A stretch of DNA of 64,000 bases, from contig NC_043000.1 in the NCBI RefSeq assembly GCF_006345805.1, positions 119,474,001-119,538,000 of the forward strand. The letters are read 5' to 3'. Position 1 is the first letter of the stretch, and each line of letters begins with the position of its first letter. Shown one piece after another: positions 36,272-49,263 of the stretch. The position numbers and the translations under genes are program-made. This DNA is from Octopus sinensis (Eukaryota). A model generated the notes under the pieces. That model searched no databases. It worked only from the letters and a program-made list of their open reading frames with translations, and was not told where the DNA came from.

Positions 36272-36890
36272 TTGGAAACGGTGAGAGGGTTTTGTTATTT
36301 GGGAGATCGGGTGGATGTAAGTGGAGATGTGAAGCAGCTGTGACAGCAAGAGCAAGACTTGGCTGGGTGATGTTCAGGGAATGTGGAGTGTTATTATATG
36401 GGAAAAGGTTCTCCTTGAAGATGAAAGGAAGGGTTTATTGGAGTTGCATGAGATCTGCAGTGCTGTATGGGGGTGAGACATGGTGTCTGAGGGAAAGTGA
36501 AAGGGCAATTTTGAGAAGGACCAAGAGAGCAATGTGCGGTGTGAAACTATTGGGTAAAAAGAGGGCCAAGGGCTGGGGATGCTGGGGGTTGGAGGAATCG
36601 GTGGAACAGCTGGCAAGGGTGAATGGAGTGTGGTGGTATGGATGTGTTGAGGAAGGATGTGGATCATGTTCTGAGGAGAGTACTTGAGTTTAAAGTGAAC
36701 GAACCGCAAAAGCGAGGTTGACCAAAGAAAACGTGGAGGGGACAGGTGGAAAAGGAGATTGGGAGAGTTGACTTGAGGAGAGAGGATGCCGAAAACTGCG
36801 CAAGATGGTGTGAGAGCGGTTGCTGTAAGAGTGGGGTAGATCCGACCACTCCCATTGACGGGGAAAAACCAGGATTTAAGATATTGGAAT
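36272..36890 (+). mobile_element. RTE-clade LINE 3' fragment (frameshifted)
   Basis: FCYLGD, CEAAVTARARLGWVMFRE, FSLKMKGRVY..CMRSAVLYGGETW, QKRGxPKKTW. Confidence 0.9.
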
Positions 36891-38076
36891 TCAAAGTAAT
36901 AAGCTGGCAGAAGCATTAGCACACTGTGCAAAATGCTTAGCAGCATTTCGTTTGTTTTTATATTCCGAGTTTGACTTAGCTCCCTTTCCTCAAATTGCTA
37001 GCCTTGTGTCCAAATTTGAGAGCAACGGTTTTAAATTGTTTAAAGCTATGATTTTACATTAATTAATATTTATGATAACTTTATGTAAATTTGGCAAGAG
37101 CTTAAAGCTCTCATTAATAAAATATTTTACATTAATTTGCTAAGCTCTCATTAAGAAAGTTTATCTTAATGTTTCAGCAGATTTGTAAGTAAATATTCTG
37201 GTAACTGGTGTGTATGTCACAGGAATGTAACTTCTCCCTTTTATGACGATAATGTGTTAACACACACTCATTGGTGCAATGGATCCTGATACATTGGTGT
37301 TTTGACATGCAGTCCCATCAGCCAGAAGTACCTGAACCTTTGAGCCTAAATAAGCAACTGGCTTTGGTTATAATTTCAGTGAACAAATTGGTTGCTTATC
37401 AGTGCTGATATCTGCTAAGTGATAAAAATGTACTAAGAATAAATATGCAGACCAGTATTTCAAATCCCATTGTACAAAATACAAATAAGGTTTATAATAC
37501 AATTAAGGTTTATAATTTTTTATTAACTTAGTAAGAGTTACGCTCTTATTCTCTACAACTGCTGTGACCCAAAAGGAGTTTCAAGTGATTCCAGTTAATA
37601 CTGTAGATGCTTTCTCAGTCTTTCAGGGGAATACATTAAATTGGGTCCCTATTATGTTCTGAAGACTCATAGGGTAAGTTAAGGACATACTATAGAGCCA
37701 GTATTTCCCAGGTCATTCTGCAAAGTGGCTAGTGATAAGAGCATCCAAATATCGAAACCAAACCAAAATGAAATATAAGAGCATCAGTCTATGAGAGGAG
37801 TCAGTAGCTCCTAATAATAACTGACTGGGACCATAATGATCCATCTAACCCATGCTAACATGGAAAGTGGACATAAAATGATGATAAGAGGATAAAAAGA
37901 TAAATATCTTCCCTTCATGATTAGAGAGTGATCAATGACAGATTTTTTTTCTTAACCCCTGTGATGATGTGAACTTGGCAAAGTGAGCTCAAGAGCTAAC
38001 AATGTCACGGTTTCATTGAGCAGTGAATTGCACCAACTTTTGTGGTACCCACTTGACAGAACTGAACAAAACTTAC

Positions 38077-38146
38077 CTTTCCAGAGTAACCAAGTAGAAA
38101 GGCTATATTGTGCTTTATGTCTCCACTCCTGAGGATGTATGCAACA
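38077..38146 (-). CDS. KNTC1: KNTC1 exon VAYILRSGDIKHNIAFLLGYSGK
   Basis: caactag|...|gtaagt, 70 nt, phase 2-0; resembles RVQYLLLSRPID. Confidence 0.86.
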
Positions 38147-38612
38147 CTAGTTGAAAAATACACAAAAAGAACAAAACAAAACCTTAGTATATAACATATA
38201 CAGAAGAACCTCGATGTATAAAACATACATACTTACTTGTCCTTGAGGCAACATTCACCGCAAGAGGGGTGAGCTGGCTCTGACAGCATGCTCGGAGTTT
38301 TAGCGGGAATACAAGTTCACATGTGGTGACTGGTCACATGCATACACTTTGGGATGGTGTGATCCGTAGCAGCTCATCTTTCCCTCGATTGTCGACTGCC
38401 ATAGAGCATTTGCTGACCAACTTTCACCCAATTATCAGAGCAGACCAGGCACGTGCCGTCAGTAATTACTGAGAATCCAACAAGGGGGGGAAAAAAAACA
38501 AAAAGCTCGGGATTGTGAACAGGGGAGAGAAATTGCTGATGGCCAACGCTCCACATGGAGTGAAGGGCTTAAGTAAGTAATATTAAGTAGAGAGAACAAA
38601 TGAAATAATTAC

Positions 38613-38689
38613 CGTTTAAAATTGTCACCGTCTAGTTGTTTGTTGTCGTGTTCCAGGAGATGAATGTTACCAAAACCAAGTGTCATTGT
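38613..38689 (-). CDS. KNTC1: KNTC1 exon TMTLGFGNIHLLEHDNKQLDGDNFK
   Basis: cttttcag|...|gtaatt, 77 nt, phase 0-2; bridges the phases of the flanking exons. Confidence 0.82.
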
Positions 38690-40234
38690 CTGAAAAGATG
38701 GAACACACAACATTATTATCATCATCATCTTTTAACGTCCGTCTTCCATGCTTGCATGGGTGGGATGGTTTCACAAGAGTCAGCCAGACAGAAGCCTGTA
38801 CCAGACTTCCGTGACTGCTTTGGCAGGATTTTTACAGCTGGATGCCCTTCCTAACACCAACAAGTCAGCAGAGTGGACTTAGTGCTTTTTATGTGGTACA
38901 AGCACGGGCTAGGTCAGTTTTGGCAAGGTTTTTACAGCTGGATGCTCTTCCGAACACCAATCGCTTTACGGTGTGGACTGGGTTCTTTTTAAGAGGCACC
39001 TGCCCTGAAAGGATCACCAAGTACTTACAAGACAAAAAAAGAGAAGGGAAGTCTTTCAAGAGGAGAGAGGTCATTGGAGGAGGGTATCTTGTGTCACTTG
39101 CTAGCCACCTCTTCCCCATCTCTATATCCACCCCACAATCTTAGGAAACCTACCCCTATCTCCTCTGTACCACTTATATTCCTCCCACTGCACCCTATGG
39201 GTATTCTCAGATGCATCTCCAATACCATCTATTTCTCTCTCTAATATTATCTCTCCTCCCACTCATTTCTTTTCTTTCTGGGACAACCAAGCATCTCTTC
39301 CAAAGACACCTCTATCCCCCCGTTATACTTTAACCTCTCAGAACCATCTCCCTCTTCCAGCTGAGAAGCCTTTGTCTTGCAAGGTAATTGGCGACCTGCT
39401 GGTGCTGGTGACGAGGAAACTCAATCACACACATACTTGCCCCACCCCCTCAACCCATCATCATTTAACATCCGTTTTCCATGCTCGCATAGGTTGGGCA
39501 GTTTGACAGGAGCTGCACCACGTTCCATAGTCTGCTTTGATTTGGTTTCTACAGCTGCATGCCCTTACAAACACATGATGGGCATCTTTCAGTTTCCGTG
39601 CATGAAATCCACTCATGGAGCTTTAGTAAAAGACACTCGCCCAAAGTGCCATGTAGTGGGACGGAACCCAAGACCATGTAAGCGGAAAGCAAACTTCTTA
39701 CCACACAGCCATGCTTGTGCCGATATGCATAAGTAAATATGATGTATGAGGATAATGTGTAAATATATGCAAATCATCATCATCATTTAACATCCATTTT
39801 CCATGCTAGCATGGGTTGGATGATTTGACTGAGGATTGGTGAACCAGATGGCTGCACCAGGCTCTTGAACTGGCAGAGTTTCTACAGCTGGATGCCTCCC
39901 TAATGCCAACCACTCCGAGAGTGTAGTGGGTGCTTTTACGTGCCACCGGCACGAGAGACGGTCAGGCAGTACTGGCAATGGCCATGCTCAAATGGTATTT
40001 TTTACGTGTCACCTGCACTGGCAACGACCTTGCTCTAAGGCGACGCTGGCAACGATCACGCACGGACCGTTCTTTCTATGTGCCACTGGCACAGAAGCCA
40101 GTTAGCTGCTCTGGCAACGATCATGCTTGGATGGTGATCTTGGCGCTCCACTAGCACGGATGCCAGTCATCGAATGTGGTGTAGAAGGATTTTCAGAGAA
40201 GCGGTCAAACAAATGATAAACATACAATAATTAC

Positions 40235-40350
40235 CATATCAACATCTTCGGTCTTGTTAGTTTCTAACCATTCACAGACTAAACTGACCTTCAGATCTTC
40301 AATGGTCAACTGGTGGATGGATGCTATCTGTTCTGCCATGCCGTTGATAT
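40235..40350 (-). CDS. KNTC1: KNTC1 exon INGMAEQIASIH...CEWLETNKTEDVDM
   Basis: gtcgctag|...|gtaatt, 116 nt, phase 1-0; resembles DIHAAAKEIAEVN...LLEKWL. Confidence 0.9.
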
Positions 40351-40504
40351 CTAGCGACAGAAAGAAAATAGACAAAAAACATTAATAGATGGCAACTAGG
40401 TTTCCTCCTCCTCCTTATTTACAGTAACCCCTCAACTATTGCAGGTGTTACCTTCCAAAACCCCCTGTGATAGGTGAAAATCTGCGAAGTAGAAACAGTA
40501 CTGT

Positions 40505-40884
40505 ACTCTTTTACTCTTATTTGTTTCAGTCATTGACTGTGGCCATGCTGGAGCACCGCCTTTAGTCGAGCAACTCGACCCTGGGACTTATTCTTTTGTA
40601 AGCCCAGTACTTACTCTATCAGTCTCTTTTGCCGAACCGCTAAGTTACGGGGACGTAAACACACCAGCATCGGTTGTCAAGCGATGTTGGAGGGACAAAC
40701 ATATACACACACATACATAGGCGCAGGAGTGGCTGTGTGGTAAGTAGCTTGCTAACCAACCTCATGGTTCCGGGTTCAGTCCCACTGCGTGGCATCTTGG
40801 GCAAGTGTCTTCTGCTATAGCCCCGGGCCGACCAATGCCTTGTGAGTGGATTTGGTAGACGGAAACTGAAAGAAGCCTGTCGTA

Positions 40885-40935
<51 letters not shown>

Positions 40936-41300
40936 TTGTGTGTCTGTGTTTGTCCCCCTAGCATTGCTTGACAACCGATGCTGGTGTGTTTACGTCCCCG
41001 TCACTTAGCGGTTCGGCAAAAAGAGACCGATAGAATAAGTACTGGGCTTACAAAGAATAAGTCCCGGGGTCGATTTGCTCGACTAAAGGCGGTGCTCCAG
41101 CATGGCCGCAGTCAAATGACTGAAACAAGTAAAAGAGAAAGAGATATATATACATATATACGACGGGCTTCTTTCAGTTTCTGTCTACCAAATCCACTCA
41201 CAAGGCTTTGGTTGGCCCGAGGCTATAGTAGAAGACACTTGCCCAAGGTACCACGCAGTGGGACTGAACCCGGAACCATGTGGTTTGTAAGCAAGCTACT
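40505..41300. mobile_element. Family A SINE (-) interrupted by a full family A SINE (+, about 40719-41145)
   Basis: 3' half (-) at 40505-40718, full + copy, then 5' half (-) at 41150-41300. Confidence 0.85.
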
Positions 41301-41463
41301 TACCACACAGCCACTCCTACGTACTGTATATTTTAAAAAAAATTATTTTTATAATTTGTATATATTTATTTTATTATAAATGCAAAATAAACACCAAGGA
41401 GGAATTGATGTAAGCTTAAATAATAAACTGCAATAGGTGAACCACGATATGGCGAGGGATTAC

Positions 41464-41494
<31 letters not shown>

Positions 41495-42703
41495 TTATAT
41501 ATTTATATGCTGCCGTGACTAGCTTCTGTGCCAGTGGCTCATAAAAAGCACCAACCCATTGTGGTCACTGCCAGCCCCCTCTGGCCCCAGTGCTGGTGGA
41601 ATGTAAAAAGCACCCACTACACTCACAGAGTGGTTGGCGTTACGAAGAGCATCCAGCTGTAGAAGCACTGCCATATCAGACTGGAACCTGGTGCAGCCTC
41701 CTGGTTTCCCAGACCCTGGTCGAACAGTCCAACCCATGCTAGCATGAAAAATGGTTTTTTTTACAGCCGGATACCTTTCCAATGTGGACTGGATGCTTTT
41801 TATGTGGCACCAGCACTAGCAGAGTTGATCTTGTCTCAGATTCTGTTCAAACCATTGGTTTGCACCCTAAACGGGTGCAAGCATCGCCATGTGGCTGTGT
41901 AGAAGTTTGCTTTGTAGCCATGTAGTGTTGGGATTTCATTTTGCTGCATTGCACACTGAGTGGCAGCCGGGAAAGAAAACATGAGCAGAAAGTGATTCCT
42001 AGAAGCAAGCAATTCTGAAGGAGGAATGCACAAAAGCTATAGGGTGGGGATGGAAAATGGTGATCAAGATGCAAGAGTTGAACTTTACATCATCATTTGA
42101 CATTTTATGCTGAACCACCAAGTTACAGGGACACAAATAAACCAACACTGGGTACCAAGCGTGGAAGAAACAATAAAATAAGCACACACATACATATCAT
42201 TGTTTAACATCTACTTTCCATGCTGACATGGGTTGGACGGATTGACTGAGGAATGGCAAGGTTTCTACAGCTGGATACCCTCCCTAACGCCAACCACTCC
42301 GAGAGTGTAGTGGGTGCTTTTTACATACCACCGGCATGGGGACCAGTGAGGGGCACTGGCACCAACCAGGTTTGCATGGTGCTTTTTACGTGCCACCGGT
42401 ATCATCATCGTTTAACGTCCATGCATGGGTATGATGGTTGACAGGAGCTGGCCAGGTAGAAAAACTATCCTTGGCTATTGTATCTATTTTATCATGGATT
42501 TTATGGCTGGATGCCCTTCCTAACACCAACCACTCTGTAGAGAGGACTCAGTACTTTTTACGTGGCACTGGCACAGGTGAGGTTAGTTTTGGCATGATTT
42601 TTACAGCTGGATGCCCTTCCAAATGCCAACCATGTTACAGTGGGGACTGGATACTGTTAACACGTCACACACATACACACAGAAAGTTGAAGGTTTTACC
42701 TAC

Positions 42704-42908
42704 CAGGACGTAGATGCTCAGGTAAAGTAGAGTCCAAAATCGATGGATGTTGATAGAGTTCAGTTATCAACTTCTCAGGTTCACAGCACAAATCAAGTAA
42801 TTCAGGGGTGGCCAGTTTGTAGAGGAACAACACTTGTTTATTGGCTAATCTTTCATAGAGACTCTTAAATTTGAGGTAAGCAGTTTTGGCCTTCTTGTAA
42901 TTTGAGGG
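42704..42908 (-). CDS. KNTC1: KNTC1 exon PSNYKKAK...LITELYQHPSI...HLRP
   Basis: cttttag|...|gtaggt, 205 nt, phase 0-1; resembles LIVSLYEHPSI. Confidence 0.93.
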
Positions 42909-43885
42909 CTAAAAGAAAAAGAAAAAAAACACGAGTACATTAATTTAACCCTTTTATTATCCAAATTTCTATTAAAACGCACCAAATTTGTTTCAATTGA
43001 TTATGTAAATCAAATTGATAAAATAATTTTGTCATAATTAATCTGGGGTCTGGAACCCTTTAGCATTCAGATTACCCTATCAAATGTAATTCACATTTAT
43101 CATCATCGTTTAACGTCCGTTTTCCATGCTAGCATGTGCTGGACGGTTCGACCGGGGTCTGGGAAGTCAGGAGGCTGCACCAGGCTCCAGCCTGATCTGG
43201 CAGTGTTTCTACAGCGGGATGTCCTTCCTAACGCCAATTGCTCCGTGAGCATGAGTGCTTTTTACGTTCCACCGGCACAGGGGCCAGAAGAGGCCGGCAA
43301 ACTGCCACGATTAGTTGGTGCTTTTTATGTGTCACTGGCATGGATGCCAGTCGAGGCGGTGCTGGCATCAGCCACGTTCGGATGGTGCTTTTTACGTGCT
43401 ACCTGCACAAGTATCACAACAACAATTTCCATTGATATTTATTTTGATGTAGATATACTTGACTCAATAGGTCTCCTCAAGCACAGCAGGTCACCCTATG
43501 ATCCAAGGTTAGCACAACAGGCCGTCCTGCGAGCCATGAACTTACTTCATTAGTGGGGGCTTTTTTCAATTATTCATACATTATTTTGTAGCTTTGAGAT
43601 TTTGATGAGGTAACTTAATTTTTAGAATGGTATTGTAGGGTTGATGTGAGAGGCCTGATCTGGCCAGTCTAAAGGCTAAAGGATCAAGTCACTTTAAAAC
43701 AGTATGTTTGTATCATAAACCAGGCATGGCCTTAGGCAGGTTGGTATCAAATGAGTTAACACACATGGGAGAACGCAATAGCCACTGCCACACGAGAACA
43801 GCAAATAGAATCCTAATTACCTTCGAATACAACTTATGGAGCTAAGAATGTTAAAAAATAAAGAGTGAATAATGAAGAACCTTAC

Positions 43886-43956
43886 ATCTTTTTCTGCCTG
43901 AAGCCATTCCTCAGTAAAAGAAACACAGAACTTGAGAGCCAATACTTTCTCAGCCC
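43886..43956 (-). CDS. KNTC1: KNTC1 exon AEKVLALKFCVSFTEEWLQAEKD
   Basis: tttccag|...|gtaagg, 71 nt, phase 1-0; resembles KISALKFCLYLAERWLQ. Confidence 0.93.
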
Positions 43957-45435
43957 CTGGAAAGATGGAAGGACAAAGATCATTAACATTTTAGGATTTA
44001 GATTATGTGCACACTTGAAATTTTGTTAGTAAGAGTTTAAACACCAATGATTAATAACACTTATCAATATCTATAAAAATAAAGGCAGAATTCTGTTTGA
44101 CTGTCCATCCAGGACCCATGCATCTCAGTCTGTATTTGCTCTACATAGACATATTATACCTTTTTGGAATCAGAATGATCTTGGAACTGAAAATCTGCCC
44201 TTCATTTGGTTCTTGAATATCCAGTATTGGGATCAGGTCTGTATGAGGATTTGTTATATGCTAACGGTTGAAAATTCAAATTCTATAAGAACTCATCATC
44301 GTTTAACGTCCGCTTTCCATGCTAGCATGGGTTGGACGGTTCAAATGGGGTCTGGGAAGCCAGAAGGCTGCACCAGACCCAGTCTGATCTGGCAGTGTTT
44401 CTACAGCTGGATGCCCTTCCTAAAGCCAACCACTCTGAGTGTAGTGGGTGCTTTTTATGTGCCACCGGCACAGGTGCCAGACGAGGCTCGCAAACGGCCA
44501 CATTCGGATGGTGCATTTTACGTGCCACTTGCAAACTTAAAAGTATTTCATTTAAATTGAATTTAAAGTAATACACATTGGTAGGGTGATACCATTTTAT
44601 GCCTGTTTTCTATGCTAGCAATGGGCTGGATGGTTTGACAGGAGCTGGTATGCCCCAGACCATGCCAAGCTCCAGTTTGCTTTGGCATTGCTTCTAAAAG
44701 CTGGATGCCCTTCCTAATGCCAACACCTTACATAATGCACCAGGTTCTTTGCACATGGTACTGGCCTTGGTGATGTTACTTAGTAACTTGCAAAACAAGA
44801 CCTTCAACAGAGAGGCGGGGAGGAGTAGTATTGAGGGAGGTGGTTTACTGCTGGTAAAGTGTAACAGAGGAACAGAAATAGGGGACATACATAGTTACCC
44901 CAATTGGGGATGAAAGAGATGATGGTGAAGATCATCATCATCATCATCGTTTAATGTCTGCTTTCCATGGGTTGGACATATGACTGAGGGCTGGCGAACT
45001 AGATAGCTGCACCTGGCTTCAATCTTGATCTGGCAGAGTTTCAACAGCTGGATGCCCTTCCTAATGCCAACCACTCCGAGAGTGTAGTGGGTGCTTTTAT
45101 GTGCCACCGGCACAGGGGCCAGTCAGGCGGCACTGGCAACGACCGTGCTCGAATCTTTTACACATGCCACCGGCACAGGTGCCAGTAAGGTGATGCTGGT
45201 AATGATCACGCTCGAATGGTGTCTTTTACATGCCACTGGCACGGAGGCCAGATAGCCGCTCTGGCAACGATCACACTCGGATGGTGCTCTTAATTCCTAC
45301 TAGCACGGGGCTTGAGTGCCAGTAATGCGATGCTGGTAACAATCACGCTCGAATGGTGCCTTTTAAGTGCTCCTGGCATGGAAGCCGGAAGATCTTTGAT
45401 ATTATAAGATATGAGGAGTGGAAGATTCAACGTAC

Positions 45436-45664
45436 CAATAGGCAGTTCTTTCATGATGTAGGTAGCTAGGGCTGAGGTGGATTCCAAGTCTTGAATTTTT
45501 GTAAGAATATTTTTAACTGTGTCCATCATGTCTTTGTTTATTTCATCAGGATCCCATCTACTCTTCTCCTTGAGAGTATTGGCATTTTTGCTGTCCCCTA
45601 AAGATGACACATAAACCTTGATGGTGTTTTGAAGGGCAACTGCATGCAATTGATCTGGGGAGAG
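45436..45664 (-). CDS. KNTC1: KNTC1 exon LSPDQLHAVALQN...IMKELPI
   Basis: catttcag|...|gtacgt, 229 nt, phase 0-1; within ORF track 45290-45712. Confidence 0.92.
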
Positions 45665-47148
45665 CTGAAATGAGATGGAATCAAAGAAAATCATTAACTC
45701 TTTTGTTACCAAATTTCAATTGGAATACGCTGCCTTTGTTCCAATTAATTTTGAAAATAACGAAGAAATTAGGAAAACAATATGGTTATTAAGTTGGTGT
45801 TATGGACATAAATCTGGATGAAAATTTTGACGCAAGGTTTTAATTTACATCATCAACATCATTTAACGCCTGTTTTCCATGCTGGCATGGGTTGGATAGT
45901 TTGACAGGTGTTGGTCAGGCTCCATGTCTGTTTTGGCATGATTTCTACATGTGGACGCCCTTCCTAACGCCAACCACTTTACAGAGTGTACTGGGTGCTC
46001 TTATGCAGCACCAGCATGGGAGCGTATGGCTTCGGGTCCAGCCCCACTGCATGCACCTTGGGCAAGTATCTTCTACTATAGCCTCAGGTCGACCAAAGCC
46101 ATGTGAGTGGATTTGGTAGATGGAAAGTGGAAGAAGTCCACAGTATATATATATATGCCTTTGAAACGTGGAGTAGTTGAAGCAGGGACAACTGAAGAAG
46201 GGGAATATTCTTTATGTTGTATGTCTCGTTTCTCTGTCTTTTTTCGTTGTCTGAAAAAAATGTTTGTTTCAATGTTTTCATTTCTCATTGCGTTCAACGT
46301 TTTTTTGATGTCCTGTACCCATATATGCATGTATATATACATATATATGTAGGTATGTACATATATGTATGTTTATATGCATATATTTATATATTATTTA
46401 TATATATATGTGGTTGGCGTTAGGAAGGGCATCCAGCCGTAGAAACACTGCCAGATCAGACTGGGCCTGGCACAGCCTTCTGGTTTCCCAGACCCCAGTT
46501 AAACTGTCCAACCCATGCTAGCATGGAAAACGGACGTTAAACGATGATGATGTTTGTGTTTGTCCTCTCCACCATTGCTTGACAACCAATACTGGTGTGT
46601 TTACATCCCTGTAACTTAGCAGTTTGGCAAAAGAGACCAACAGAAAGAATACTAGGCTTACAAGGAAAAAGACCTGGGGTCGATTTGTGCAACTAAAGGT
46701 GGTGCTCCAGCATGGCCAATGACTTGTAATTGGGTGCCTAAATCTGGTGGGAGTGAGAGAGAGGGAGACTTGGCCTGACTGCTTGCAGCGAAGGAGATTC
46801 TATAGAAGGCATCTATCAAAGATGACCAGTGATGGTGTTAAACCAGATTAATGGATTAAGTCTATCATACTGCAGTTGATTATTATAACCCATTTATGTC
46901 ATCATCATCACCATAATCTTGGAACACCCAGTTTCCATACTGGCATGGGTTGGACATCTTGATAGGAGCTGGTAAGCCAGAGAGCTGCACCAGGCCTCAA
47001 ATATCTGTTTTGGCATGGTTTTTGCGATTGGATGACCTTCCTAATGCCAACCATTTTATAGAGTGTACTGGCTGCTTTTCATGTGGCACCAACATGCATG
47101 CTTGTACATGGCGCCAATATGTGACTGGTGCTAATAATCTGTGGTACT

Positions 47149-47377
47149 TTAACCCTTTCGTTACTGTATCTATTTTGAGATGCTCTGTGTTTCTTCCAAT
47201 TATTTTAAATATAACGAATAATTTAGTAAAATAACATGGTTATCATTGAGCTAGTGTTAGGAACATAAATTGTGACTAAGATTTGGTGGAAGATTTGAAT
47301 TCAAAACTTATGAAAACAAGACATTTATACTAAAGAGCTAAAGTCGGTTTCAGCCGGGTTGGTAACAAAAAGGTTAA
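47149..47377. mobile_element. piggyBac-type MITE (TTAA-flanked)
   Basis: TTAA-CCCTTTCGTTAC ... GTAACAAAAAGG-TTAA. Confidence 0.85.
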
Positions 47378-47437
47378 TACTAGTACAAAAAAAAAAAAAA
47401 AAAGCATTTCAGGGATAGATCAACCTGATGTAATTAC

Positions 47438-47496
47438 CTTCAGGATGTGTGACAGAAGTAACCATTCATGAACGTTATTGACATCAAGTTCCTTGG
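47438..47496 (-). CDS. KNTC1: KNTC1 exon KELDVNNVHEWLLLSHILK
   Basis: ctcacag|...|gtaatt, 59 nt, phase 1-0; resembles TELSEESFPTLLLISKLMK. Confidence 0.88.
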
Positions 47497-48099
47497 CTGT
47501 GAGAAAAGGAAAAAAAAAAATTGTTAAAAAAAATTATTTCAGCAATCACAACAAAAATCTGCATAAAAAGTAGGAAAGAGAAAAAAAAATCATTAAAAAA
47601 AAAAAAGGAAACGTAACATGAAAAATGCATTTTCATGTACACACATGTGCATGGATATGCACGTATGTCAGAATGAGATGATGGAGTGCAGCTATGTTGA
47701 CAGCATGCCAGTCATGTCTTTATAGGCAGTGGTGCGGCTGTGTTATTAAGAAGCTTGCTGGCCAACCACGTGATCTTGAGTTCAGTCCCACTCTGCAGCA
47801 CCTAACATATCTCCAGGCTGACCAAAGCCTTGTGAGTGGATTTGGTAGATGGATGCTGAAAAGAAGCCTGTCCTGTGTGTGTGTGTGTGGTGTGTGTGTG
47901 TGTGTCCTTCACCACTGCTTGACAGCCAGAGTTGGTTTGTTTATGTCCTTGTAACTTAGCAAAAACATACTTATAGGAAAAATACCAGGCTTGAAAAAAA
48001 AAAAGAACTGGGGTCAGTTTACTCAACTAAACTTTCCAAGGCAGTGCCCCAGCATGGCCACAGTCCCAAGATTAAAAAACAAAGAATTAATGACTGCAA

Positions 48100-49150
48100 A
48101 TTTTGGCACAATGTCAGCAATTTTAGAGGAGGGGATATTTGGATTACATCAATCCTGGTGTTAGACTGGTCCTGTTTTATCAACCCCGAAAGGATGAAAG
48201 TCAAAGTTGAACTCAGACTGTAAAGATGGATAAAATGCCACTAAGCATTCAGCCTGGTATGCTAATGCTTCTGTCAAATTGCTGCTTTCAAATTTTGGCA
48301 CAAGGCCAGCAATTTTGAAGAAGGGAATAAGTTGATTACATTAGCCCCAGTGTTGAACTGGTTCTTATTTTATTGAGCCAGAAAGGCTGAAAGACAAAGT
48401 TGACCTCAGCGGAATTTGAACACAGAATGTAAAGATGGACAACATACCCCTAAGTATTTTGCCCACTGTGCTAGTGACTTTTCTACTCAAGACACAGGGC
48501 CCGAAATTTTTGGGGAGGGGCCCAGTCGATTAGATCAACCCCAGCATGCAACTGGTACTTAATTTATTGACCCCGAAAGGATGAAAGGCGAAGTCGACCT
48601 TGGCGGAATTTGAACTCAGAACGTAAAGACAGATGAAATACCGCTAAGCATTTTGCCTGGTGTGCTAACGGTTCTGCCAGCTTGCCGCCTTAAAATTAAA
48701 TTTTCTTTTCTACTCTTGGCACAAGGCCCCAAATTTTGGGGAGGGGCCCAGTCGATTAGATCAACCCCAGCATGCAACTGGTACTTAATTTATTGACCCC
48801 GAAAGGATGAAAGGCGAAGTCGACCTTGGCGGAATTTGAACTCAGAACGTAAAGACAGATGAAATACCGCTAAGCATTTTGCCTGGTGTGCTAACGGTTC
48901 TGCCAGCTTGCCGCCTTAAAATTAAATTTTCTTTTCTACTCTTGGCACAAGGCCCCAAATTTTGGGGGAGGGAGCCAGTCGATTAGATCGATACCAATTC
49001 ACAACTGGTACTTATTTATTGACTCCGAAAGGATGAAAGGGCAAAATTGATCTCGGCGGAATTTGAACTCAGAATGTAAAGACAGATGAAATACCATAAA
49101 GCATTTCAGCCGGCATGCTAACGTTACTGCCAGCTTGCTGCCTTAAGATT
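48100..49150 (-). mobile_element. Tandem array of about five family B SINE units
   Basis: Repeated gaccccgaaaggatgaaaggc...gaactcagaacgtaaagac; two units are identical at a 226-bp period. Confidence 0.85.
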
Positions 49151-49175
49151 AAATAGATAAGTGAAAAGTACTTAC

Positions 49176-49263
49176 AAATAATATGCCAAGGTTCACCAAA
49201 GAGGGAGTGAAAGGCCAGTCTTGTTGCACTGCTTGATGGTAAGCACTCAATAACATATTGAAG
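49176..49263 (-). CDS. KNTC1: KNTC1 exon LQYVIECLPSSSATRLAFHSLFGEPWHII
   Basis: ccaacag|...|gtaagt, 88 nt, phase 0-1; resembles LPSAAQTRLPFHLIF...FWKIL. Confidence 0.92.

Noticed and set aside
46140-46310. Hammerhead in a Penelope-like repeat (gcctttgaaacgtggagta)
   Set aside because: Only a GAAAC half-motif is present; the upstream core is replaced by (TA)n and helix III does not pair.
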